Part shown: one piece after another, positions 12,601 through 22,464 of the stretch
Layout of the letters: the number at the start of each line of letters is the position of its first letter
How positions within the stretch are numbered: the first letter of the stretch is position 1
Assembly: GCA_043228905.1 (NCBI GenBank)
Contig: JBHGNT010000009.1
Span: forward strand, 8,928,001-8,992,000
Reading direction: 5' to 3'
Source of the DNA: Azolla caroliniana
Lineage: Eukaryota > Plantae > Polypodiophyta
Length of the DNA stretch: 64,000 bases
The notes under the pieces: generated by a model
Told to the model about the DNA's origin: nothing
The model's database searches: none
What the model saw: the letters and a program-made list of their open reading frames with translations, nothing else
Program-made: the position numbers and the translations under genes

Positions 12601-15033
12601 CGAGGAACCAGCCGGTTACGGTGAGGATACCGAACCAGCAGAAGAAGAAGTAGAGGAAGCTGAGACCGGAACCGGTCAAAACCCCGAATCGGATTCGGAT
12701 GAAGAGCAAATGGAGGAACCGGTTACCGAAGCCCGAAGACGTAGATATCCTCTCAGAGAGAGAAGGGCGCCCCGGAGATTTCTGGATGCAGAGCATGTCC
12801 TGCTGACCGATGAGGGGGAGCCGGAAAGCTTCGAAGAAGCGAAGGAAGACACCCACAGCCGAAAATGGTTAAGTGCCATGCGGGATGAGATGGATTCCCT
12901 GCATGAGAACCATACGTACGAATTGGTGGAGCTGCCGAAAGGAAAGCGGGAACTCCGAAACAAGTGGGTGTTCAAGTTGAAACCGGGAGATGCCGGCAAC
13001 CCCCCGAGATACAAAGCTAGGATCGTGGTGAAGGGGTTCCAGCAGAAGAAGGGCGTGGACTTCGACGAAATATTCGCCCCGGTAGTAAAGATGACCTCCA
13101 TCCGGACGGTGCTGAGTATAGCAGCAAGCATGGATCTCGAGGTAGAGCAGCTGGACGTGAAGACGACATTCCTCCACGGAGACCTCGAAGAGGAAATCTA
13201 CATGCAGCAACCGGAAGGATTTGTGGAGAAAGGGAAGGAGCACCTGGTATGCCGGTTGAAGAAGAGCCTGTACGGACTGAAGCAGGCTCCCCGGCAATGG
13301 TACCGGAAGTTCGACTCCTTCATGACCGATCAAGGGTACCATAAGACACAGGCCGATCACTGCGTGTTCGTGAAGAAGTTTGAAGGAGGGGACTTCCTGA
13401 TACTTCTCCTGTACGTGGATGACATGTTGATCGTCGGACGAGACCAAGGCAAAATACGGATGCTGAAGAAGGCTCTCAACCGGACCTTCTCAATGAAAGA
13501 CTTGGGTCCGGCAAGACAGATGTTGGGGATGCACATCATTCGGGACCGGTCAGTGAAGCAATTATGGCTGTCACAGGAGAAGTATGTGACAAAGGTGCTT
13601 CACCGGTTCAACATGTCAGATGCAAAACCGGTCGGATCGACACTTCCGGCAAACTGCAAGTTGTCCGGCAAGCGAAGCCCGAAGACAAAAGGAGAGAAGG
13701 CAGATATGATGAAGATTCCATATGCCTCTGCCGTCGGGAGCTTGATGTACGCAATGGTTTGTACCCGACCGGACATTTGATACGCAGTCGGAGTGGTGAG
13801 CCGGTTCATGAGTAATCCCGGCAAGGAGCATTGGAACGCAGTCAAATGGATACTCCGGTATTTGAAGGGCACTTCAAATATGTGTCTCCGATTCGGCTCC
13901 GGGAAACCTCAACTGGACGGTTTCACCGATTCGGACATGTCGGCTGATGTGGATACCAGCCGGTCTACATCCGGGTATGTGATGACATATGCAGGGGGAG
14001 CTGTTTTGTGGCAGTCGAGGCTGTAGAAGACGGTTGCACTGTCAACCATAGAGGCGGAGTACATGGCGGCTGTAGAAGCCGGCAAGGAAATATTATGGAT
14101 GAAGGACTTCATCGGAGAGCTCGGTATCCGGCAAGAGGAATACCGACTCTACTGCGACAGTCAAAGTGCCATCCACCTTGCTAAGAATGCGGTCTACCAT
14201 TCCAGGACGAAGCATATCCAGCGGAGGTATCACTGGATCCGGGAAAGGGTAGATGACCAGGAGTTCACACTGACGAAGATCCACACGGCCGAGAACGGGT
14301 CAGATATGCTGACCAAAGTGCTGACACCCGACAAGCTGGACGCATGCCGGAAGAGGATCGGGCTGGAAAGACACCCCATGCCGGAGTGAAGGGGGAGTTT
14401 GTTGGGAGACAGGTCCCTCCGGATGGGAAGGGAGAAGAACAGTGCCGACGAACAAACTCGGCTGAGGCCGACAGGCCGATGCCGAACCGGTATGAACCGG
14501 ATGGGGAGTACCCGACTGCGGAGAACCGGATGGTGTAGGCCCGGTATGAACCGAATGGGGAGTACCCGACTACAGAGAGCCGGATGGGAGCCCATCGAAG
14601 CTACATTTGTAAATAGCTGAAAAGTCGTATTAGTATAAATATGACTTAGGGCAATATTTTATGAGTGCGGTCATTTTTTTGTTGTTGTTATTCTTCCTTG
14701 TTGGTGCAAGAAGAAGAGAGAGCGCGTAACTGTACAGAGAGAGAGAGAGAGAGAGACGAGGTCGTTGCCTCTGTTGTAACCGCCGCCTGTGGCGAAGATC
14801 TGAGATCACTGAGGTCGTTGCCTCAGTGAACTCACTGTTGTATATTCCTACATAGTGACAGTTTGCAGCCTGTGGGCTGCCGTGGTTTTTCCCCTATTTT
14901 GGGGTTTTCCACGTAAACCTCCTGTGTACCCTTTCTCCCCTCTGTGTCGCGTTTCATTACTTGTTTTTCTGTGTATGAAAAGAATCTCGGTTGTGGCCGA
15001 GCGTCGGATATAAGGAACGTCGAGTTCTTGTCA
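9665..15033 (+). mobile_element. Full-length Ty1/copia element A (Tork/Tnt1-like)
   Basis: LTRs 9665-10296 and 14400-15033 (about 11 substitutions plus one GA indel by eye); TSD TCTCA; iMet PBS TGGTATCAGAGC 10299-10310; PPT GAAGGGGGAG 14388-14397. Confidence 0.96.
10327..14389 (+). pseudogene. Copia A gag-pol polyprotein, disrupted
   Basis: Start MDESFGG; zinc knuckle CFYCGKPGHFQKNC; PR WVVDSGAS; INT; RT YVDD; RH. Stops at 10435, 13778 and 14024; frameshift near 12015. Confidence 0.93.
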
Positions 15034-16348
15034 TCTCAGAGCTGGACCAGACCGTGCTCGACATGAGCAATGTCCTATTGTTTATCAAGTTGGTCGATCC
15101 ACTCAACCGAGCAAAGGTGTGTCTCCTATTGGAGACAGATGAAGGGCTCACGGCTGATTGGGCTGTGGTAAAGAGGGTATGTAGCCATTTTGACAAATGG
15201 TGAGAATGGAACGATGTGGCGTCATCGACGACCGGCCCGGGTGCTGGGAAGGAGCCAAAGGGACGTATTCCAGCACGAAAAAAAGAGACACGAAGGTGGC
15301 TTGAGTCGGGCATTGTTCCAACTGACGTGGTCAAGGGCCCATCCGGGGGCACAACTCTAGAGGAGTTGACAAAGATGGTGCGCGATCTCCAGATTGCGCA
15401 AGCTCGGAGAGATGGCGGGGGACAATCGTGTGACCGGAGGCCTCCAGTAGACCAACAATGCATGTGGTGCGATGTCGTCAACCACATCTGAAGAGAGTGC
15501 ACCGATTTTGCAAAAGCACTCAAGAACAATGTAGGGTACCTCTGGAACGGATGGGTACATGTGTGCGATACATGAAGGCCCCTCGAAGTGAATACCAGAC
15601 GAGGTGACATGAAGAGGATAATGGAGGAAGCCGTGGCCTGGAATGCTGGGGCCATCCACTACTCAGTGTTGGCAGGGATCCAAGTAGGCGAAGAGAAGGG
15701 CGACCCATCTGGAAGCAATACCGGATTTGTTGGGAATCAACGCTTCGATTCACCTTCACCACTCGGCCACAACCGAGTAAGCGCGAATCAATGGAGCAGA
15801 AAATAGGAACCACAAAGAGAAACAAAACGCGAACATACAGGGATTAACGTGGAAAACCCTAGACGGGAAAAACCACGGGAGTACAGGACTCCAAACCAAC
15901 ACTATACAGAGAAGTATACAATGGCGAGCTGCAAGGCGACGACCTTGAGCTCGCTGTCCTCGCCACAGGAGGCGGAAATACAAAGAGGCGTCGTCCTCTT
16001 CCTCTCTCACGCTCTATCTCTCTCTCTCTCTCACGGTTGCTCCCTCTTCACTCCTCTTGAGTGGAAAAACAGAAAAATGATTAGCAACAACAAAGCTGTT
16101 TGCCCTAAGTCATATTTATACATATATGACTTTGGGGCTATTTACAACTATAGCCTCAGGGGCCCATAGCGAACATATTCACGGATATGTCCCTGCATCC
16201 GGATCGCTCTCCGGGTACATTCGTCATCCGGCACCGAAGCCGGGGTCTTCAACATCCGGATCCGAAACCGAAACCGGGCTCGTCGGCTTTCATCTCCGAC
16301 ATCCGACCATCCCATCCGAAGGGATCATAATCCCAACAAACTCCCCCT

Positions 16349-17941
16349 TCACTTCGGCATGGGATGTCTTTCCAATCCGATCCTCTTCCGGCATGCTTCC
16401 AGCTTGTCGGGTGTGAGGACCTTGGTCAGCATATCCGATCCGTTCTCGTCCGTGTGGATCTTTGTCAGCACGAACTCCTTGTCTTCTATCCTTTCCCGGA
16501 TCCAGTGATATCTTCGTTGGATGTGCTTCGTCCGGGAGTGATAGGCCGCGTTCTTAGCAAGGTGGATTGCACTCTGACTGTCACAGTAGAGTCGGTACTC
16601 CTCCTGCCGGATACCGAGCTCTCTAATGAAGTCCTTCATCCATATTACTTCCTTGCCGGCTTCAACAGCCGCCATGTACTCCGCCTCCGTAGTTGACAGC
16701 GCAACCGTCTTCTGCAGTCTCGACTGCCATGAAACAGCTCCCCCTGCATACGTCATCACATACCCTGATGTGGACCGGCTGGTATCTGCATCAGCCGACA
16801 TATCCGAATCGGTAAAGCCGTCGAGTTCGGGCTTACCGGAGCCGAATCGGAGGCACACGTTTGCCGTGCCCTTCAGGTATCGGAGTATCCACTTGGCCGC
16901 GTTCCAATGCTCTTTGCCGGGATTGCTCATGTACCGGCTCACCACTCCGACTGCATATCCGATGTCCGGTCTCGTACACACCATGGCGTACATCAAGCTC
17001 CCGACGGCTGAGGCATACGGCACTTTCATCATATCCTCCTTTTCAGCCTTTGTCTTGGGACTTTGCTTGTTGGACAGCTTGCAGTTTGCCGGGAGGGTCG
17101 ATCCGACCGGTCTTGCTTCCGACATGTTGAACCGGTGAATCACCTTCGTCACGTACTTCTCCTGTGACAGCCACAACTGCTTCTTCTTCCGGTCCCGGAT
17201 GATGTGCATCCCTAGTATTTGCCTCGCCGGACCCAAGTCCTTCATTGAGAAGGTTCGGTGAAGAGCCTTCTTCAGCATCCGTATCTTGACCTGGTCCCGT
17301 CCGACGATCAACATGTCGTCCACGTACAGGAGGAGTATTAGGAAGTCTCCTCCTTCGAACTTCTTCACAAACACGCAATGGTCGGACTGCGTTTTGAGGT
17401 ACCCTTCGTCGGTCATGAAGGAGTCGAATTTCCGGTACCATTGCCGGGGAGCCTGTTTCAGTCCGTAAAGGCTCTTCTTCAACCGGCATACCAGGTGCTC
17501 CTTCCCTTTCTTCTCGAATCCTTCCGGTTGCTGCATGTAGATCTCTTCATCGAGGTCACCGTGAAGGAATGCCGTCTTCACGTCCATCTGTTCTACCTCG
17601 AGGTCCATGCTTGCCGCTATGCTCAGCACCGTCCGGATGGAGGTCATCTTCACTACCGGGGCAAATATCTCGTCGAAGTCGATGCCCTTCTTCTGCTGAA
17701 ACCCCTTCACCACGATCCTGGCTTTGTATCTCGGGGGGTTTCCGGCATCTCCCGGTTTCAGCTTGAACACCCACTTGTTTCGAAGTGCCCGCTTTCCTTT
17801 CGGCAACTCCACAAGTTCATATGTGTGGTTCTCATGCAGGGAATCCATCTCGTCCTGCATGGCACTCAACCACCTGCGGCTCTGGGTGTCGTGCTTTGCT
17901 TCTTCAAAGCTCTCCGGCTCCCCCTCGTCGGTTAGCAGCAC
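16349..17941 (-). CDS. Copia B reverse transcriptase-RNase H (530 aa), separated from the upstream ORF by a 1-bp frameshift
   Basis: KARIVVKG, LYGLKQAPRQW, YVDDML, FTDSD, RTKHIQRRYHWIRE; frameshift in the G5 run 17965-17969. Confidence 0.93.
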   Translation of the reverse strand: MLLTDEGEPESFEEAKHDTQSRRWLSAMQDEMDSLHENHTYELVELPKGKRALRNKWVFKLKPGDAGNPPRYKARIVVKGFQQKKGIDFDEIFAPVVKMTSIRTVLSIAASMDLEVEQMDVKTAFLHGDLDEEIYMQQPEGFEKKGKEHLVCRLKKSLYGLKQAPRQWYRKFDSFMTDEGYLKTQSDHCVFVKKFEGGDFLILLLYVDDMLIVGRDQVKIRMLKKALHRTFSMKDLGPARQILGMHIIRDRKKKQLWLSQEKYVTKVIHRFNMSEARPVGSTLPANCKLSNKQSPKTKAEKEDMMKVPYASAVGSLMYAMVCTRPDIGYAVGVVSRYMSNPGKEHWNAAKWILRYLKGTANVCLRFGSGKPELDGFTDSDMSADADTSRSTSGYVMTYAGGAVSWQSRLQKTVALSTTEAEYMAAVEAGKEVIWMKDFIRELGIRQEEYRLYCDSQSAIHLAKNAAYHSRTKHIQRRYHWIRERIEDKEFVLTKIHTDENGSDMLTKVLTPDKLEACRKRIGLERHPMPK

Positions 17942-20424
17942 GTGCTCTGGGTCTGGAAATCTCCGGGGGCCCTCCTCTCTCTTAGAGGATATCTCCGTTC
18001 GGGAGCTTCGGTAACCGGTTCTTCCGATTCTTCTTCTTCATCCGAATCCATTTCGGGATCGGGGCCGGTTCCGGTATCATTTTCATCTTCTTCGGCCGGT
18101 TCTGTTTCTTCACCGTCTTCGGCCGGATCCTCGAGTGCTAACCGGTCCCTTGCCGGTCGGGACTGCTCCTCATAAAGTTGATCCTCACCGGTTGACTTGG
18201 AGCTCTTCATCTTCTTCTCCGACTCCCAGTCGGCGAGTGTCTTGTTCTCCATGAAGATGATATCACGACTCCGGAATATCTTCTTGTCAACCGGGTCCCA
18301 TACTCGGTAGCCGAACTCGTCATCGCCGTAACCGAGGAATATGCATGGCCGGGTCTTTGGATCTAGCTTTCCTCTCCAGTCCTTTGCCACATGCACGTAT
18401 GCGAGACACCCGAACACCTTCAGATGCCGGTAGGACACTTCCTTACCGGTCCACACTTTCTGCGGCGTGTCTCCATCCAAAGGTACTGAGGGTGATCTGT
18501 TTATCACGTATGTCGCCGTCGACATTGCCTCAGCCCAAAACCCCTTGGGTAATTTCGCATGCGCCAGCATACTCCGGACCCTCTCCATTATGGTCCGGTT
18601 CATCCTCTCAGCCAGCCCGTTCAGTTCCGGCGTCTTCGGCACAGTAAACTCGAGTCGGATTCCCTTCGAGCGACAGTACTCCTGGAACTGCCCCCGGTAT
18701 TCCCCTCCGTTATCCGCTCGTATCGCTTTCAGCTTCTTGCCGGATTCCCTTTCCACTCTCGCGTGGAGTTCTTTGAAGACGCACAACACTTGGTCCTTTG
18801 TCTTCATCGGTGCCGTCCACAGTTTTCGGCTATGATCATCGATGAATGTTACGAAGTACTGGGCTCCGCCATGTGACTTCGTTTCTACCTGACACACATC
18901 AGTGTGCACCAACTCCAATGGTGCGCTACGTCTCGTCGGTGGCCTTGAGTGGAAGGAGGTTCGGTTCTGCTTACCGGCCAGGCAATCGGTGCACTTCTCC
19001 AGGTGCACATGCTTCACTGGGATAAGGTTGTCTTCTGCAAGCCTCTTCATCCCCTTCTCACTCATGTGGCACAGTCTTTTGTGCCACAACTCACCGGCAG
19101 TGTCGGCTGCCACATTCAGCTCTTCCGGACATAACCGGGCATTCATCAGGTACAGTGTGTTGTCTTTCCGGGCCCGAGCCACTATCAGGCTCCCCTTGCT
19201 GAACTTCATTACGCCGTTCCGGATGCTACCTGCGTAGCCTTCATCGTCTAGCCTCCCGGCCGAAATCAGGTTCAATCGAACCTCCGGAACGTGTCGGACA
19301 TCCTTCAGCAACATTTTGCATCCGGTCGGGGTTGTCAACCACACGTCTCCTATGCCGGCAATCCGGCACGTACCTTCATTTCCCATCCGAACACAGCCAT
19401 GCTCACCGGCTGTGTAGGATGAGAAGTATCTTCTCTCCGGGGTCAGGTGGAACGATGCTCCGGAATCGACCACCCAGGTCGTCTCATCGCCGGCAACGTT
19501 TAGTTCACCTTCTTCGGTGATGAGCATGATTTCTTCCTCACTTGCCGCGAGTGCCGTTGTTCCTTTCCGGTCCTGCCCTCGCCGATCCGAACCTCTCCGG
19601 TCTGTGGCTCCCCGGTATGCACCGTTTCTCTCCGGTGACTTCTTCGAATCGGTGTCGTCGGCTCCGTTGTCTTTTCGGTAATGCCGACAATTCTTTCGGA
19701 AGTGCCCCGGTTTCCCACAGTGGAAGCATGTGGGCCTTCCTCTTGACTGCGACCGGGTCCCCGACTTCTCCCGTCTTTGCGGACTCCGATTCCATTGTCT
19801 TCCCCGATCCGATTCGGTAAGCAGCGCCTTCGGGTCGGAGGCCGGTTCTTTATCTCTCCGACGCGCTTCTTCGTTCAAAATACTTGTCTTTACCGTTTGC
19901 AAGGACAAGTTATCTTCTGTGCAGGAGGTGCTGAGAGTCACCACCAAGTTCTCCCAGCTTTCCGGCAATGTACACATCAGGATGATGGCTTGCATTGCAT
20001 CCTCCAACGGGAACTTGATCGCCGCAAGCTGATTCACGAATCCCATGAACGTGCTTACGTGTTCCACCATACTCTCGCCGTCCCGGTACTTGAGATTCAC
20101 TATCTTCCTCATCAGGGAGGTCCGGTTCAACGCATTCTTCCTCTCATAGAGGCCCGACAGCTTCCGCCACATCTCATATGCGTTGGTGTCGTTCGCCACA
20201 TGTTGTAGAACGCTCACGTCGACGTATTGCCGAATGGTTGCAACGGCTTTCCGGTTCAGAAGCCTCCATTCCGACTCAAGTACCCCCTTCGGTATTTCCG
20301 ACCTGTCAATCGGTTCGTACAGGTCCCGAACAATCAGAAGATCCTCCATCTTGATCTTCCAGTCGGCGTAATTCTGCGCATTCAGCACCATCATCCCCGG
20401 CTGCCCGCTGCCGCCGCCTTCCAT
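17932..20424 (-). CDS. Copia B Gag-protease-integrase (830 aa)
   Basis: Open frame with UBN2-type gag, CFHCGKPGHFRKNC, WVVDSGAS, and HTDVC...DNGGEY...AERMNRT. Confidence 0.93.
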   Translation of the reverse strand: MEGGGSGQPGMMVLNAQNYADWKIKMEDLLIVRDLYEPIDRSEIPKGVLESEWRLLNRKAVATIRQYVDVSVLQHVANDTNAYEMWRKLSGLYERKNALNRTSLMRKIVNLKYRDGESMVEHVSTFMGFVNQLAAIKFPLEDAMQAIILMCTLPESWENLVVTLSTSCTEDNLSLQTVKTSILNEEARRRDKEPASDPKALLTESDRGRQWNRSPQRREKSGTRSQSRGRPTCFHCGKPGHFRKNCRHYRKDNGADDTDSKKSPERNGAYRGATDRRGSDRRGQDRKGTTALAASEEEIMLITEEGELNVAGDETTWVVDSGASFHLTPERRYFSSYTAGEHGCVRMGNEGTCRIAGIGDVWLTTPTGCKMLLKDVRHVPEVRLNLISAGRLDDEGYAGSIRNGVMKFSKGSLIVARARKDNTLYLMNARLCPEELNVAADTAGELWHKRLCHMSEKGMKRLAEDNLIPVKHVHLEKCTDCLAGKQNRTSFHSRPPTRRSAPLELVHTDVCQVETKSHGGAQYFVTFIDDHSRKLWTAPMKTKDQVLCVFKELHARVERESGKKLKAIRADNGGEYRGQFQEYCRSKGIRLEFTVPKTPELNGLAERMNRTIMERVRSMLAHAKLPKGFWAEAMSTATYVINRSPSVPLDGDTPQKVWTGKEVSYRHLKVFGCLAYVHVAKDWRGKLDPKTRPCIFLGYGDDEFGYRVWDPVDKKIFRSRDIIFMENKTLADWESEKKMKSSKSTGEDQLYEEQSRPARDRLALEDPAEDGEETEPAEEDENDTGTGPDPEMDSDEEEESEEPVTEAPERRYPLRERRAPGDFQTQSTCC

Positions 20425-22062
20425 TTTCTGCAGCAGTTCGCTCTGATACCAGTTTGTTGGGAATCAACGCTTCGATTCACCTTCACCACTCGGCCACAAC
20501 CGAGTAAGCGCGAATCAATGGAGCAGAAAATAGGAACCACAAAGAGAAACAAAACGCGAACACACAGGGATTAACGTGGAAAACCCTAGACGGGAAAAAC
20601 CACGGGAGTACAGGACTCCAAACCAACACTATACAGAGAAGTATACAATGGCGAGCTGCAAGGCGACGACCTTGAGCTCGCTGTCCTCGCCACAGGAGGC
20701 GGAAATACAAAGAGGCGTCGTCCTCTTCCTCTCTCACGCTCTATCTCTCTCTCTCTCTCACGGTTGCTCCCTCTTCACTCCTCTTGAGTGGAAAAACAGA
20801 AAAATGATTAGCAACAACAAAGCTGTTTGCCCTAAGTCATATTTATACATATATGACTTTGGGGCTATTTACAACTATAGCCTCAGGGGCCCATAGCGAA
20901 CATATTCACGGATATGTCCCTGCATCCGGATCGCTCTCCGGGTACATTCGTCATCCGGCACCGAAGCCGGGGTCTTCAACATCCGGATCCGAAACCGAAA
21001 CCGGGCTCGTCGGCTTTCATCTCCGACATCCGACCATCCCATCCGAAGGGATCATAATCCCAACATTTTGGCCGCTAGTACTGGAAGGCCTCTCGGGGAT
21101 GAGGTTACCAAAGGAAGAGGTGGACCAAGTGGAGAGGCGGATCCAAGAGTGCTCTGGATGGAACGATCCGGTGGAAGAGAAAACCGGTTTGCGGAAGCCA
21201 CGTGCCAAAACTACGAGGTCCTGGTAGAAGACTAGCAGGCCAGAAAATCCAATGGAGTCGAGCCTTCGAGCCATTATGAGACCCAGAGCAGTCCGAAGGG
21301 AAATGACGGAGGTTCGACCGGCTTGTAGGAGAGGGCGAAATTACCGAGCTTCCGGTTGAGCTCGGAGATAGAGAGAGCGATAGACTTGCGGAAGGTCTTG
21401 GAGGAACAAATCCTCGACATCAAGGTGGAACATTCATTAAGGGAGGTGCTAGGGATCGCAAAGAGGGAATTCCACGATTCTATTGTGGACCTGGTAAAGA
21501 GGAAGCGGCTCTCAACAGAGCCAGAGCCGGAGAAGTTGGTCGAAGTAAAGGCGGCCCACATCGAAGAGGTGGCGATGGAAGAGGAGTTCCCAGAGAACCA
21601 CTACATGAGCCCACACTGGGCCAGAGCGATGACGGAAACCACTGTCTGAATTGGGGATGTCAAGCAGCCAGTAGTGGCATTGATCGATCACGGATCGGAA
21701 ATCAATTTGATGTTGATGGGCTTCTACAAGAAGGGTACATGGCCGATCAACATGAAGCATGGGTGGAAGATATGCGTGGTGACCCACGTTACTGAAGAGC
21801 TTCATGGTGCGTGCCCGAATGTCCAAGTTAGGGTCGGGGATGTTGAGATCAACCAACACTTTTTCGTGCAGGAGACATCCTCGCATCCGTTGATACTCGG
21901 CGAACCTTACATTACGGTGGCTCGTATGAAGACCAAAGTGTTGGACAATGGTTCGGCGTACGCAAGGGTGAAGAGCTAGGACGGTAAGCACTCCATCCAA
22001 TTCCTGATGGTGAGGCTGAATCATGAACGAAACCGAGATTTTCTCAGCGGTGAGGGCCAAGG

Positions 22063-22132
22063 GGATTTTTAGAGAGGACTATCAAGGCGTGGGGCCGCGA
22101 TAGTCTGAACAACCGGAAGAATCCCCACACCT
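22063..22132 (+). promoter_or_regulatory. Putative -1 programmed ribosomal frameshift signal in gypsy J
   Basis: G GAT TTT directly before the gag-PR stop TAG; 6-nt spacer; stem 1 22076-22083/22099-22106; stem 2 22085-22094/22123-22132; the -1 frame joins pol across insertion D. Confidence 0.65.
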
Positions 22133-22464
22133 GTACCATAGGAAGGAGATTTTGGTCCTCCGTGTTGAGAATCAAACTCAACTTCCTATAGAAATAGGTT
22201 TCACACTAGCTCATGGACATGCCAGACTAGTTTTGTAAATAGTAGAAAGGGCCCTTGCCCTAGTTTAGTTGGTATTTAAACCAACCTTTTGTAACTTTGT
22301 TATTGTTGGAAGCAATACATAGTTTTCTCATCTTAAGACTCTCTCTCTCTCTCTCTCTCTGTCTATTTCTCATAAATGCTCATACACACACAGACACACA
22401 GAGTCCTACCGCTGTATACAATCACTCTCCTTTCTTTACATGGAATCAAAGCATGTGGTTTTCT

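Larger units (their letters stand above)
15728..21065 (-). mobile_element. Full-length, very young Ty1/copia element B
   Basis: 611-bp LTRs 15728-16338 and 20455-21065 with one visible difference (15836 T vs 20563 C); iMet PBS ~20440-20451; PPT ~16341-16351. Confidence 0.96.

Noticed and set aside
17932-17969. Programmed frameshift between INT and RT in copia B
   Set aside because: Relatives A and N are in frame here; it is a simple homopolymer indel.
10600-20900. Many 60-190 aa antisense and overlapping ORFs
   Set aside because: Expected shadow ORFs of GC-rich retroelement coding regions and duplicated LTRs; no motifs recognised.
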